From positions 1-43,546 of the IMG/VR virus record IMGVR_UViG_3300037462_000196: DNA of 43,546 nucleotides. One strand, 5' to 3'. Shown piece after piece: positions 34,505-43,044 of this stretch (the first letter of the stretch is position 1; each line of letters opens with the position of its first letter). The DNA is from a virus (lineage: Duplodnaviria; Caudoviricetes). The position numbers were made by a program, and so were the translations under genes. Below the pieces are notes generated by a model that was not told the origin of the DNA, did not search any database, and was given only the letters and a program-made list of their open reading frames with translations.

Positions 34505-34691
34505 GCGCGGGCCGGACGCTACTCCGGCTCGGGCGCCGTGCGGCGGCCCCGCTTGCTTCCTCATCCCCTGGGCTCGCACTCTGGGGCATCTTGGCTGTGC
34601 GTGTCTGCTTTCCACGCCGCCGCGCTCACTTGGGTCTCCGGCGGGAGCGCCCGGCGGGGAGCATAGCACAACTGGCCGAAAGGGGAAGCCC

Positions 34692-35093
34692 ATGCGCGAC
34701 CTTATACCGAACCGCCTGTCTGCTATAATCTGCCTCGCCGCTTCCAACTTTGCTTGGGTCGCTGCCGCGCAGGACGCCGTGCAGTGGGGGCCTGCATCCT
34801 CGCCGTCAACGCTGCAGATCGGCCCGACGGACGCGCCGGGCGCGCTGGCGCAGGTGACGTTCTGGAACCAGAATCGCCACACCACGCGGCACGAGGGCGA
34901 CGTGACCTGGGCCGACGTGCAAGCGGGCTACCTGATCGAGGTGGACGCCGGCGCGCCCGGCGATCTGGGCCGCGCCGACCGCGTGACAATCACCGTGCCA
35001 GACGGCCTGATCGTCGAGCCGCCCGAGGCCGAGGTGCACGAAGGCGCGACGCAGGTGTTCCTGATCTACCCGCTGGAAGGCGTTGGGATGTAA
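34692..35093 (+). CDS. Secreted hypothetical protein
   Basis: AGGGGA RBS; signal-peptide-like N-terminus ending AAAQD. Confidence 0.7.
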   Translation: MRDLIPNRLSAIICLAASNFAWVAAAQDAVQWGPASSPSTLQIGPTDAPGALAQVTFWNQNRHTTRHEGDVTWADVQAGYLIEVDAGAPGDLGRADRVTITVPDGLIVEPPEAEVHEGATQVFLIYPLEGVGM

Positions 35094-35188
35094 GACGTTT
35101 TCCATCGCGCCTCGCAACCCATTGACGGCCATAGCGGCCCCGGGCGGCGCGTTTTTCGTACAACCCGTTCAAATCGTACGATTTGCGC

Positions 35189-35207
35189 AGTCCTGACGGG
35201 GCCGCCA
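35189..35207 (+). other. Putative attP core (3' end of a tRNA gene)
   Basis: AGTCCTGACGGGGCCGCCA reads as T-loop end, T-stem, acceptor strand and CCA; 40 bp from the integrase stop. Confidence 0.65.
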
Positions 35208-35245
35208 GTAGACGCCGTAACGTCCTGCTTTCATTTGGATTCGGG

Positions 35246-36331
35246 TCATTGTTTTCCCGAACCCTTCCGGCGTTTTCCTGTGTTCCGGTCTTGTTCCGTT
35301 CCCATGACCGCTGCGCGCCGGCTTGCCTTCCTCGTATACCGCTCGATCTCGGCCAGGGTCGCGTGGCCCGTCCATGCGCCGATCTGGTGCGTCGTCGCGC
35401 CCGACTCGGCCAGCGCGATGGCCCGCGCCTTCCTGAGCCCGTGGCCGGTGCGGTCCGTCAGGCCGGCGGCCTGCGCTGCCTGTGACAGGTAGGACGCTGC
35501 GGCCTTCGTCGAGCGGGACTTGCCGTGCGCTGTGCTTAGGAAGGTCATGTGCCGCGGGATCGCCCCCAACGCCGCGTGCATCGCGGCCCGGTCGGCCGCC
35601 ATCCCTGCCGCGTAGGGCGGCAGCGGGCATGTCCAGGGCACGTAGCTCTGCCCGCCGGTCTTCCCCTGTCGGAACGTCAGCACGCCGTCGCCGTCGACCA
35701 TCCCCGGCCCGAGGCGGACGGCGTCGCTGATCCGCGCGCCGGTCCAGTGCATCAGTTCCATCATCGCGCGCTGCTGCGTCCCGACAGGCCAGCGGGCGCG
35801 GAACCGTTCAACCTCGTCGGGCGACCACGGCTCGTGCCCGTCCGTCCGGGGCGGGGCCGGCGGCTTGACGGTGGCGCTTGGGTCTTCCGCGATCAACTGC
35901 GCCTCGATCGCGGCCGCGCAGATCATCCGCCACGCCTTGCGCCGTTTCCGGGCAGCGTGGGGCGCCAGCGGGCGCAGGTCGTCGCGGATGTCGGCAGGGC
36001 GAAGGTCTGCGATCAGCGCGTCGTCAGCTTGTTCCAGGATCGCGTCGAACTCGGCCCGCATCGCGCGCCTGTAGGCTGGTGCCAGCATCTTGAACCTTGC
36101 CGAGCCGGCGGCCAGTGCAGCGGCCGCCGCTATGGTGCCGGCCCCGATGCGCCGCGGTATGACTGCGCCGCTCGTGGCGCGCGCGTAGGCGGCCAGAAAC
36201 TCAGGGTGGTCGAACGGCAGGTCAGGAAGTCGCACCCGCGGTGGCGTGGCGGTGTAGACGTAACGCCGCCCGCGCGCGTGGACGATCTTGACACGCAGAG
36301 TCACCGTGGCCGCCCGAATCTGCCGGCGCAT
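35246..36331 (-). CDS. int: Tyrosine integrase
   Basis: TGARISD, KT, HGLRK, GHATLAEIERY catalytic residues. Confidence 0.95.
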   Translation of the reverse strand: MRRQIRAATVTLRVKIVHARGRRYVYTATPPRVRLPDLPFDHPEFLAAYARATSGAVIPRRIGAGTIAAAAALAAGSARFKMLAPAYRRAMRAEFDAILEQADDALIADLRPADIRDDLRPLAPHAARKRRKAWRMICAAAIEAQLIAEDPSATVKPPAPPRTDGHEPWSPDEVERFRARWPVGTQQRAMMELMHWTGARISDAVRLGPGMVDGDGVLTFRQGKTGGQSYVPWTCPLPPYAAGMAADRAAMHAALGAIPRHMTFLSTAHGKSRSTKAAASYLSQAAQAAGLTDRTGHGLRKARAIALAESGATTHQIGAWTGHATLAEIERYTRKASRRAAVMGTEQDRNTGKRRKGSGKQ

Positions 36332-36531
36332 GTGCTGGGCCTCCCCTCGACCTCATAGGGGAGGCTGTCGGCGTACAGGTCAAGGTCTGCGATGTCGTAG
36401 ACCCGCTTGCCTTCCAGTCGCCGCCGCGGAATGCCGAGGCCGCGCAGCGTCGTTTCGCTCACGCCGAGATAGTGCGCCGCCGCCGGAGCGGGCAGCAGGC
36501 GCGGGACGAAGGCATGGCGCGCGGCGGGCAT
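36301..36531 (-). CDS. Excisionase-like HTH protein
   Basis: PRLLPAPAAAHYLGVSETTL...YDIADLD; overlaps the int start. Confidence 0.8.
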   Translation of the reverse strand: MPAARHAFVPRLLPAPAAAHYLGVSETTLRGLGIPRRRLEGKRVYDIADLDLYADSLPYEVEGRPSTCAGRFGRPR

Positions 36532-36532
36532 G

Positions 36533-36838
36533 TCAGGGGGTCGCGCCGGTGGCGCCAACGTGCAGGCCAAACGGCAGCCCGAGTGGCAGCACCCACATGT
36601 GGAACATGTTGGCGCCGTCAACGACCTCTGCCGCCGGCGGATACACCTCAACCGCGGTGCAGCCGGGCCCGGCGATCTCATTCTTGATCCGCTGCATTGC
36701 TTCACCCGGTACCGCGTAGCAACCCGGCATCAGCCCAACGGGCGGCTGCGGTCTGAGCACCCGCCGCGTCTGGGTCTTCCTGCCGGCCAGTAAGGCGCGC
36801 ACCATCGGCGCGTTGAAAATCATCGGTCGGTCGCTCAT
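36533..36838 (-). CDS. Small fused protein (ASCH-like N-terminal fragment plus unrelated C-terminal fragment)
   Basis: MSDRPMIFNAPMVRALLAGRKTQTRR followed by MQRIKNEIAG...AVEVYP...VDGANMFHMW. Confidence 0.65.
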   Translation of the reverse strand: MSDRPMIFNAPMVRALLAGRKTQTRRVLRPQPPVGLMPGCYAVPGEAMQRIKNEIAGPGCTAVEVYPPAAEVVDGANMFHMWVLPLGLPFGLHVGATGATP

Positions 36839-37653
36839 CTCTCGCACCCCTCATATCTCCCGCCGCTGAAAAGCGCGCCCGCCTCGCGCAGTCTCATCCA
36901 GAGGACTTCCGTGCGTTCTGCGGCCCGGTCGGCGCGCGAGGCGATCTCGACCCGATTCCACCCCGCCAGCGCCTCATCATAGAGCGGCGAGGCATATCCG
37001 CTGAGGATCACGCTGCCACGCAGCCGCAGGATCGCATCGAGCATTGCGATGTGGTCGGCACGGGTCATTTCGTGGGCGTAGTCACGCCCCCTGTCCCGCG
37101 TCTCTGGCAGATAGGGAGGATCGACGTAGTGAAGCGCACCCGCGCTGTCGTGGGCGCGCATGACATCAACCGCAGGGCGTCGCTCGATCACAACGCCGCG
37201 CATTCGTTCAGCGGTCTCTCTGACCGCTGCAGGGAGCGACGCCCACGTGTGCACGGGCAGGACGCCAGCCCGGAGCCCCGCGGCGCGAAACCCCGTCTTG
37301 CGGTGAATTCCAGAGCTGCCGTGTCCGAAGTGCGACCTAATCAGCACCCTGCGCGCGCGTTCCAGATCGTCGGTGCAGTCGCGGTAAGACAGTTCGTGTT
37401 CGGCGCGCGCGAACGGCGTTGCGGCAATGGCTGCGGCGAGTTCGTCGGGCGCATCGCGGATGACCCGGAACAGGTTCACCATGTCGCCGTCGAGATCGTT
37501 GTAAACCTCTAGACGCGCGCGCGATTTCGCCAGAAGAACAGCCGCGCCGCCACCGTAGGGCTCGACGTAAGTTTCGTGCAGAGGCATGGCCGCCACGATC
37601 CGGTACGCCAACCTGACTTTGCCGCCGTGATAACGTAGGATCGCCGGCATCAT
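36835..37653 (-). CDS. Dam-like (D12 class) N6-adenine DNA methyltransferase
   Basis: YHGGK, YVEPYGGGAAV, YND, YVDPPY, LSGY, RTEVLW. Confidence 0.92.
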   Translation of the reverse strand: MMPAILRYHGGKVRLAYRIVAAMPLHETYVEPYGGGAAVLLAKSRARLEVYNDLDGDMVNLFRVIRDAPDELAAAIAATPFARAEHELSYRDCTDDLERARRVLIRSHFGHGSSGIHRKTGFRAAGLRAGVLPVHTWASLPAAVRETAERMRGVVIERRPAVDVMRAHDSAGALHYVDPPYLPETRDRGRDYAHEMTRADHIAMLDAILRLRGSVILSGYASPLYDEALAGWNRVEIASRADRAAERTEVLWMRLREAGALFSGGRYEGCER

Positions 37654-37976
37654 CCGCACCCCTCGTATCTCCCGGCCGAATACCTCGGCCAGTCTGTCGC
37701 CCGGCCCGTCGCCGCCATCGCGCAGGACAGGTCGCGGCCGTCCGGCAGGTCGCAGCGGACCACGGGGCGACCGTAGCGGTCGGTGTCGATCCAATCGCAG
37801 GCGAGCGGCTGACCGGCGATCAGGCCGGCCAGCGCGCGCTTGGCGCCCGGGCCGGCGGGCTCGCGCATTTCGGGGGCGTCGATCCCCCAGAGCCGGTAGC
37901 GCTGGCCGTCCAGGCGCAGCGTGTCGCCGTCAACCGCGAGCGCGCCGACGAGGCAGAGGGCGGCGAGGCAGGTCAC
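37650..37976 (-). CDS. Thermonuclease (SNase-like)
   Basis: VDGDTL, RLWGIDAPE, DRYGR. Confidence 0.92.
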   Translation of the reverse strand: MTCLAALCLVGALAVDGDTLRLDGQRYRLWGIDAPEMREPAGPGAKRALAGLIAGQPLACDWIDTDRYGRPVVRCDLPDGRDLSCAMAATGRATDWPRYSAGRYEGCG

Positions 37977-38611
37977 TGGGCGGGCTCCTGCATGGCAACC
38001 GACCGGGCCATGCCGATCAGCAGGTCGCGGAACTCCGGCGGCGTGCCGATCCGGTGCTTGTTATCCTTGCCGCCGCCCTTGAAGGCCAGTTCCCCGGCGC
38101 GCTTGCATTTGGCCAGCCCGTAGCGATCAAGCGCCCATTTGGGGAACGTCGGTTCGGTCTTGCCCCATCGCAGATCGGGAAGCCGAACGCCGACGGCGTA
38201 AAGCAGCGTGGGCTTCCGGGCATAGTGTCCGTACTGGCCTTGTTCGACACAACAGGTCCATCCGTAGTCGTCGGCGATGATCCACCCGCCGGCTCTTGGT
38301 GGCACCGCGAGGCCGAAGTGTGGCCATGCATGGCTGCCCCACGGGTGTTCCAGCACGCCGCCCCACTCCCGGACTGACGCCAGCGCCGCTGCAAAGCACC
38401 CGCCGTCGTCGCCCTTGCGCTTCCGCTCGCCCGTCCGCGCGATGTGCAGCGGCTGGCCAGCCCAGAACTTGCCCCACCGCTGGCACGGCGGATGCGCCAC
38501 GACTGGCCACGGGCCAGCGTACCGCCGGGCGTCGCGGGCTTCGTCCCACGGGTCAACGCCGTCGAGGTTCCAGTACGAACCCCCGGTCTCGACAAAGAGC
38601 GCGGCGATCAT
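37973..38611 (-). CDS. Cytosine-C5 methyltransferase-like protein
   Basis: IAALFV, VVAHPPC, VLEHP, RKPTLLY, TPPEF. Confidence 0.6.
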   Translation of the reverse strand: MIAALFVETGGSYWNLDGVDPWDEARDARRYAGPWPVVAHPPCQRWGKFWAGQPLHIARTGERKRKGDDGGCFAAALASVREWGGVLEHPWGSHAWPHFGLAVPPRAGGWIIADDYGWTCCVEQGQYGHYARKPTLLYAVGVRLPDLRWGKTEPTFPKWALDRYGLAKCKRAGELAFKGGGKDNKHRIGTPPEFRDLLIGMARSVAMQEPAQ

Positions 38612-38712
38612 CCCCACCACCACGCAGCGGCCTGGACGGCTACCAGCACCGTCCCGGCGGTGAGCGCGATCCACAGGGCCGCGGCGGCGAGAAGATCGGC
38701 GAGGGCGGTCAT
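38608..38712 (-). CDS. 34-aa hydrophobic peptide
   Basis: Read manually: MTALADLLAAAALWIALTAGTVLVAVQAAAWWWG; ATGA overlaps at both ends. Confidence 0.6.
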   Translation of the reverse strand: MTALADLLAAAALWIALTAGTVLVAVQAAAWWWG

Positions 38713-38894
38713 ACTTCGCCCCTCGATACGTTGAGAACAGCCTTCCAGTTCCACCTCACACGCCCCATCGTGGGGGATTTTCCGACGTAGTATTCATCGC
38801 CGCCAGACCAGCAGACTTCGAGAACTACAACCCGCTCGCCCCGCCTCGGACCCCGGCGCAGTTCAATCGTTTCGCCGACGACTGCGTAGCTCAT
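38709..38894 (-). CDS. Hypothetical protein
   Basis: 61 aa, translationally coupled. Confidence 0.6.
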   Translation of the reverse strand: MSYAVVGETIELRRGPRRGERVVVLEVCWSGGDEYYVGKSPTMGRVRWNWKAVLNVSRGEV

Positions 38895-39382
38895 TCCCCT
38901 CTCCCCTCCTTCACTTCCGCGATGATTTCGGCGGGGTCGATGGCGCGGATGGCCTCGCGAATGCTGGCGCTGATCTTCGTTTCGTCAGGATAGAAAAGGC
39001 GGTCGGCCACCTGCACCGCCCGTTCCAGCGCCGCCTTGGCCACCGCGAGGCCGAAGGCCTCGGCGGCGGCAAGCGTGACGTATTCCGGCCAGTCGGCCGG
39101 GGCTATCGAGCGGCCCTGATCGTCGCGGGCTTCCGACGCCCAGCCGACAACCTGGTCGTTCCAGCCGGCGTGGTCGGGGTCGAGGCGGACGCGGTCAGGT
39201 GGCATCGGTCGGCTCCGGGGGAGGCGCTTGCCTTCATCGTCTACAAGGATAGGGCCGCAGACCTCGCATACGACAGGGTAGCCGTAGCCCGGTTGAAGTA
39301 CCTCGCCGTTTCCAAGGTTCGCTAGGTCCCCGAAGTCTTCTCCAAAGATGGCAATCGAGCAGTCTTTGCAGAAATCAGCCAT
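38891..39382 (-). CDS. Hypothetical protein with N-terminal CxxC...CxxC
   Basis: MADFCKDC...CEVCG; AGGAG RBS. Confidence 0.7.
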   Translation of the reverse strand: MADFCKDCSIAIFGEDFGDLANLGNGEVLQPGYGYPVVCEVCGPILVDDEGKRLPRSRPMPPDRVRLDPDHAGWNDQVVGWASEARDDQGRSIAPADWPEYVTLAAAEAFGLAVAKAALERAVQVADRLFYPDETKISASIREAIRAIDPAEIIAEVKEGRGE

Positions 39383-39704
39383 CGGTCGGCTCCTCGTTCA
39401 GCGCTGGATCGACGCCAAAAACACTCGGCCAAATTGGCGCACGGCGCCACCATGGCGACTTCCCGAAATGAGGCGTGAACATGACGCGGTATGACGGTGG
39501 CGGATCACAAGGCGCCACGCCAAGCGCTAGAAGGGCCTCGCCGTAGGGACTGCCTGTGTAGAAGAAAGGCGGCATGTCGAAGGCCGGGTTTTCGCTTCCG
39601 GCACGTCGAACCAAGTCAAAGGCGGCGTCAGCCAAATCAGCGGTCCGAAACCACTTACCAGAGACGCGCATATGTTCGGTATCGGTGCGAATGACATCAG
39701 CCAT
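39375..39704 (-). CDS. Hypothetical protein
   Basis: AAGGAG RBS; flanked by a 21-bp direct repeat. Confidence 0.7.
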   Translation of the reverse strand: MADVIRTDTEHMRVSGKWFRTADLADAAFDLVRRAGSENPAFDMPPFFYTGSPYGEALLALGVAPCDPPPSYRVMFTPHFGKSPWWRRAPIWPSVFGVDPALNEEPTDG

Positions 39705-40368
39705 CGGTCGGCTCCTTGGGGGTGAGGGCGGCGCGGGCGATCTCGCGCACCGCGTCCATCCGATCGTGCGGGGGGATCACCCAATCGCAATCGCGCAGGC
39801 GTTCCAGTGCCGCCCGCAGTCTCTCGATTTCTTCTTCGAGATGCACACATTGCAGCGCCGCCCCCAGCTCAGGGCAGCCCATTGCATCGTCAGATCGGGC
39901 GCATCCCGGAAAACCACTCTTGCATTTCCCCCACTCGTTTGCTGGGAGTGTGCAATAGGCGCAGGGTTGGTCACTGTGGGCGAGCGCCGCACGTAGGCGC
40001 GCGATCTCGGCATTAGCCTCTTCGGCCGCCGCCCAGCCCAATTGCTCCCTCTCCCGCAGGCTGCGGATCACTCCCGCTGCCACCTGAGGCCATTCCTGCG
40101 AGTTGTTCTCGTGCCAGTCCGCGAAGTCGGCCGGCATGACGGCTGAAAGTTCGGCCCGGTAGGCGTCTCGCTCGGCCTCTGCGGCATTAGCCAACGCCCA
40201 GCGCCTCGCAATCTCGTCGGCAAAGGCCCTGTCGACGTCGAACACCTGTCCGACCGCCTGAACTCGGTGGCCCACGTTGCCGACGAACTCACCATTAGCC
40301 CACAGAACAACATCCGAAGGATCGGATGCGTCCACGTCGATATTGATTTCGCCCCATTCGGTGTTCAT
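39697..40368 (-). CDS. Mosaic hypothetical protein with coiled coils and a Cys cluster
   Basis: GGAGG RBS; EIARLRAAL/EIERLRAAL; CAYC...C...C...C. Confidence 0.7.
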   Translation of the reverse strand: MNTEWGEINIDVDASDPSDVVLWANGEFVGNVGHRVQAVGQVFDVDRAFADEIARRWALANAAEAERDAYRAELSAVMPADFADWHENNSQEWPQVAAGVIRSLREREQLGWAAAEEANAEIARLRAALAHSDQPCAYCTLPANEWGKCKSGFPGCARSDDAMGCPELGAALQCVHLEEEIERLRAALERLRDCDWVIPPHDRMDAVREIARAALTPKEPTDG

Positions 40369-40622
40369 TCCCGCCCCTCCATCCGCTTTCTGGACGCGTC
40401 CATTCGGGCCTGCGACTCGGCCTCAAGCCGTGCCATTTCGGCTTCGTCGCCCGCTTCGTACGCAGCGCGATAGGCGGCCTCGTCGGCATCGCTGCCCCAC
40501 GCGGCTTCCGAAACGGCGTAGTTGACTTTCTGCGCGGCGATCATGGCTTCGCGGTCGGCTGGGGATTTGGCTTCCCATTCGCGGCGGGCTCGGGCAATCA
40601 GCAGTTCGAGTTCTTCGGTCAT
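40365..40622 (-). CDS. Hypothetical protein
   Basis: 85 aa, helical, coupled. Confidence 0.7.
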   Translation of the reverse strand: MTEELELLIARARREWEAKSPADREAMIAAQKVNYAVSEAAWGSDADEAAYRAAYEAGDEAEMARLEAESQARMDASRKRMEGRE

Positions 40623-40846
40623 TTCTTGCCACCGTTGCGGCTAATGGTGATTGTTCCGATGGATACGCCTGCTACAAAGAGAATGAACGCTATTACGCAT
40701 CCGGCGATAAAGCCGCTGATTGCACATATCACTACGATTGCGTTGCCGTTCCAATCTGCGCCCCCAAACAGCCATAGGAGCCGGAATGTTGCCAGTATAA
40801 CGAAGGGGAGAACGAACGGGATTGTGACGCGCAAGTCAATTTTCAT
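40619..40846 (-). CDS. Two-TM membrane protein, lower GC
   Basis: Two hydrophobic helices; AT-richer codons than neighbours. Confidence 0.7.
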   Translation of the reverse strand: MKIDLRVTIPFVLPFVILATFRLLWLFGGADWNGNAIVVICAISGFIAGCVIAFILFVAGVSIGTITISRNGGKK

Positions 40847-41031
40847 TCCCGGCCCTCCAATTCATCGGCCAGCTTCTTCATTCTTGCCGCGAACCGCAGA
40901 ACCTCATCGTGGTCTGTGGCTTTGTATTCCTCAATCATCTTCGCGATTTCGTCGAGCACGGCGGACAGCCCGACGCCGCGGACGACCTGGCGCAGGATCT
41001 GGGCGTGGATGGCAGCTTCGGAGGGAGTCAT
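40843..41031 (-). CDS. Hypothetical protein
   Basis: MTPSEAAIHAQ...; TGATG coupling. Confidence 0.65.
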   Translation of the reverse strand: MTPSEAAIHAQILRQVVRGVGLSAVLDEIAKMIEEYKATDHDEVLRFAARMKKLADELEGRE

Positions 41032-41216
41032 CACAGCGCCCACCCGAGCCAGAGGCATCCGAATGCGATGGCGAAGCACCCGGCGGCCGTGCCGGCGGCA
41101 AGGATCGCGGACGGCATGTCGTCCTGGCGCCAGACCGACCAGGAGACGTAGCAGAAGAACGCTCCGGACGTGGTGGCGCCAAGAGCCGCGAGCGTGGCAA
41201 TGAGCGTGAGCATCAC
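41031..41216 (-). CDS. Two-TM small membrane protein
   Basis: Hydrophobic, 61 aa, coupled. Confidence 0.65.
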   Translation of the reverse strand: MMLTLIATLAALGATTSGAFFCYVSWSVWRQDDMPSAILAAGTAAGCFAIAFGCLWLGWAL

Positions 41217-41560
41217 TCCCCCTCCGCCAGTCGCCAGTCCGTGCCGTAGACCCGGCGGGTCGCGTGAGCGCTGCCGGCCTTCTTGATGTCCATGACGACG
41301 GGCTCTGGGTCTGCCCAGTGATACGTAGGGCTCTCAAAGCCCTTGTAGATACCCTCGACCGGCCCATGGGACCAACGGTGCTTGCCGATCACGCGCTTTC
41401 CGGGCGTGATCCCCCGGGAGGCAAACTCGGCCTCGGCGTCCGCGATGAGGCGCGCGTCGAGCCGGTTGCGGGCCTTGGTCTCGCGCCCCTGAGCTCTGAT
41501 GACGTCTCGGAACGCCTCATCGAGTTCGCGACGCAGTTCTTCTACGGTCGGGTCGGCCAT
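41213..41560 (-). CDS. Hypothetical protein
   Basis: AGGAG RBS; 115 aa. Confidence 0.7.
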   Translation of the reverse strand: MADPTVEELRRELDEAFRDVIRAQGRETKARNRLDARLIADAEAEFASRGITPGKRVIGKHRWSHGPVEGIYKGFESPTYHWADPEPVVMDIKKAGSAHATRRVYGTDWRLAEGE

Positions 41561-41561
41561 G

Positions 41562-41726
41562 TCATTCTCTCCTAGGCTTTCCGGCTGCTTCCCACGAGGC
41601 GATGGCTTCGAGCCATTGCTCTTGCTCGGCGATCAGTTCTGCGGCCCGATCTTTTTCCCGCTCGATTTCGGCATCCGAAATGGCGATGAAATCGGCCGCG
41701 TATTCTTTCCATGCATTCGGGTTCAT
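41562..41726 (-). CDS. 54-aa hypothetical protein
   Basis: Read manually: MNPNAWKEYAADFIAISDAEIEREK...GKPRRE; AGGAGACTGACAG leader identical to that at 1382-1394. Confidence 0.7.
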   Translation of the reverse strand: MNPNAWKEYAADFIAISDAEIEREKDRAAELIAEQEQWLEAIASWEAAGKPRRE

Positions 41727-41867
41727 CTGTCAGTCTCCTATCTGCGCCGGGGTTTCGCAGGCACCGACCCCGGCTCCGGTGTTGCAAGCGCGGTAGCTCC
41801 GGCACCCCGCAGCCCCTGCTACCCCGCCGCGTCACCGGGCAATCTGCCCACGTCGGCGGGGGTCTCG

Positions 41868-42983
41868 TCAGTCCAGCAGCATGGGCATGAACACGTGCAG
41901 AAGCCGAGGGTCTTCCGTTGCGACCATGAGCGGGTGATTTGCGTCCTTGCCGCTCAAGCGAGCCGGATCGTGGCGGCCAAGGATGTCGCGGAGGTAGCGG
42001 GCTTTCAGGCTGAACCGTTCGCCTTGCCCGGGCTGGCCGGAGACCTCTGTCAGGTCGCCGTCGGCGGTCTTGACGGTCAGCTTTCCGGTTTCCGGGCTGA
42101 TGGCGATGGGTTCATCAAGATCGCAGAGCGCCGTGACCTGCTGTACCGCCGCGCGCGACACCGCGACCGAGATCGCGTCGCTGGGCGCAGGGATGACGCG
42201 AGTCCAGTCGGGATAGGTGCCGTCGATTATCTTGGTCGTGATCTGCGCGTCTCCGACCGTGAATGTCATCCGGTCTGGCCACGGCTCCGGGTCGGATGAC
42301 TTGTCTTTGCGACGCTCGCTCATGGCGAACTGAGCGCACACTAGGCGATTGCCGTCGCGCCGCAGAAGGCCAAGCAGAAGCTTGGCGGCCTTGGTGGGCA
42401 GGATCGCACCGGCCTGCATCGGCGCGATGCCAATCAGGTCGTATCTGGCAAGACGCCACCCGTCGGTCGCGACCGCGCAGCCCTTCATGGCGTCGAGATA
42501 CACGCCATTCAGGTAGTAGCGGGTTTCCTCGGTCGAGACGCATGGCAGGGTGTTGTGCAGAGCCGCCCAAAGGTCGGCCTCGGCCAGATCGAAGCCGTCA
42601 CCCTCTGCGCGCCGCATCACCGGGAATTCGGTGGACGGAAGGATCGAGCGCACCCGCTGCGTCATATCGGCGGCGGCAATGGTAAGGATTTCTGCTTGCC
42701 CCTCGCGCGACAGCGACAGCCGGACATCCCCCCTGTAGCCCGCGCAGGCCATTGCGAGGCGGCTGGGGGCAACGGCGATGTCTAGGTCGGCCTCGGCCGA
42801 GGCCGGAACCTCGGTTGCGATCTCGATGTCAAGATCGGTGGCGGTCACTGTCGCCACGTCTGCGCCAGCGGCGGCAGTCAGGCGCAGCATCCCGAGGATC
42901 GGAATAGGGTTGCGCCGCTCGATCGCGGCGGCGGCCGTGCGCAGGACGGGGGCGAGGTCGGTCGAGTGAATGGTGACGGTCAT
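41868..42983 (-). CDS. dnaN: DNA polymerase III beta sliding clamp homologue
   Basis: ERRNPIPIL, ATDLDI, STEETRYYLNGVYL, VATDGWRL, IDGTYPDWTRVIP, FMPM. Confidence 0.92.
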   Translation of the reverse strand: MTVTIHSTDLAPVLRTAAAAIERRNPIPILGMLRLTAAAGADVATVTATDLDIEIATEVPASAEADLDIAVAPSRLAMACAGYRGDVRLSLSREGQAEILTIAAADMTQRVRSILPSTEFPVMRRAEGDGFDLAEADLWAALHNTLPCVSTEETRYYLNGVYLDAMKGCAVATDGWRLARYDLIGIAPMQAGAILPTKAAKLLLGLLRRDGNRLVCAQFAMSERRKDKSSDPEPWPDRMTFTVGDAQITTKIIDGTYPDWTRVIPAPSDAISVAVSRAAVQQVTALCDLDEPIAISPETGKLTVKTADGDLTEVSGQPGQGERFSLKARYLRDILGRHDPARLSGKDANHPLMVATEDPRLLHVFMPMLLD

Positions 42984-43044
42984 CTTCGTATCCTCTCTGG
43001 CGTTCGGGAATGGGGCGGCGTATCGCCCCACAGTCGTAGCGTCA
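42984..43044 (-). repeat. Intergenic repeat family B, variant copy
   Basis: TCCTCTCTGGCGTTCGGGA (42991-43009) equals 450-468, and AGCGTCA is retained; the central hairpin has a different sequence. Confidence 0.8.

Noticed and set aside
35189-35207. A tRNA gene
   Set aside because: Only the last 19 nt are present; no D or anticodon arm
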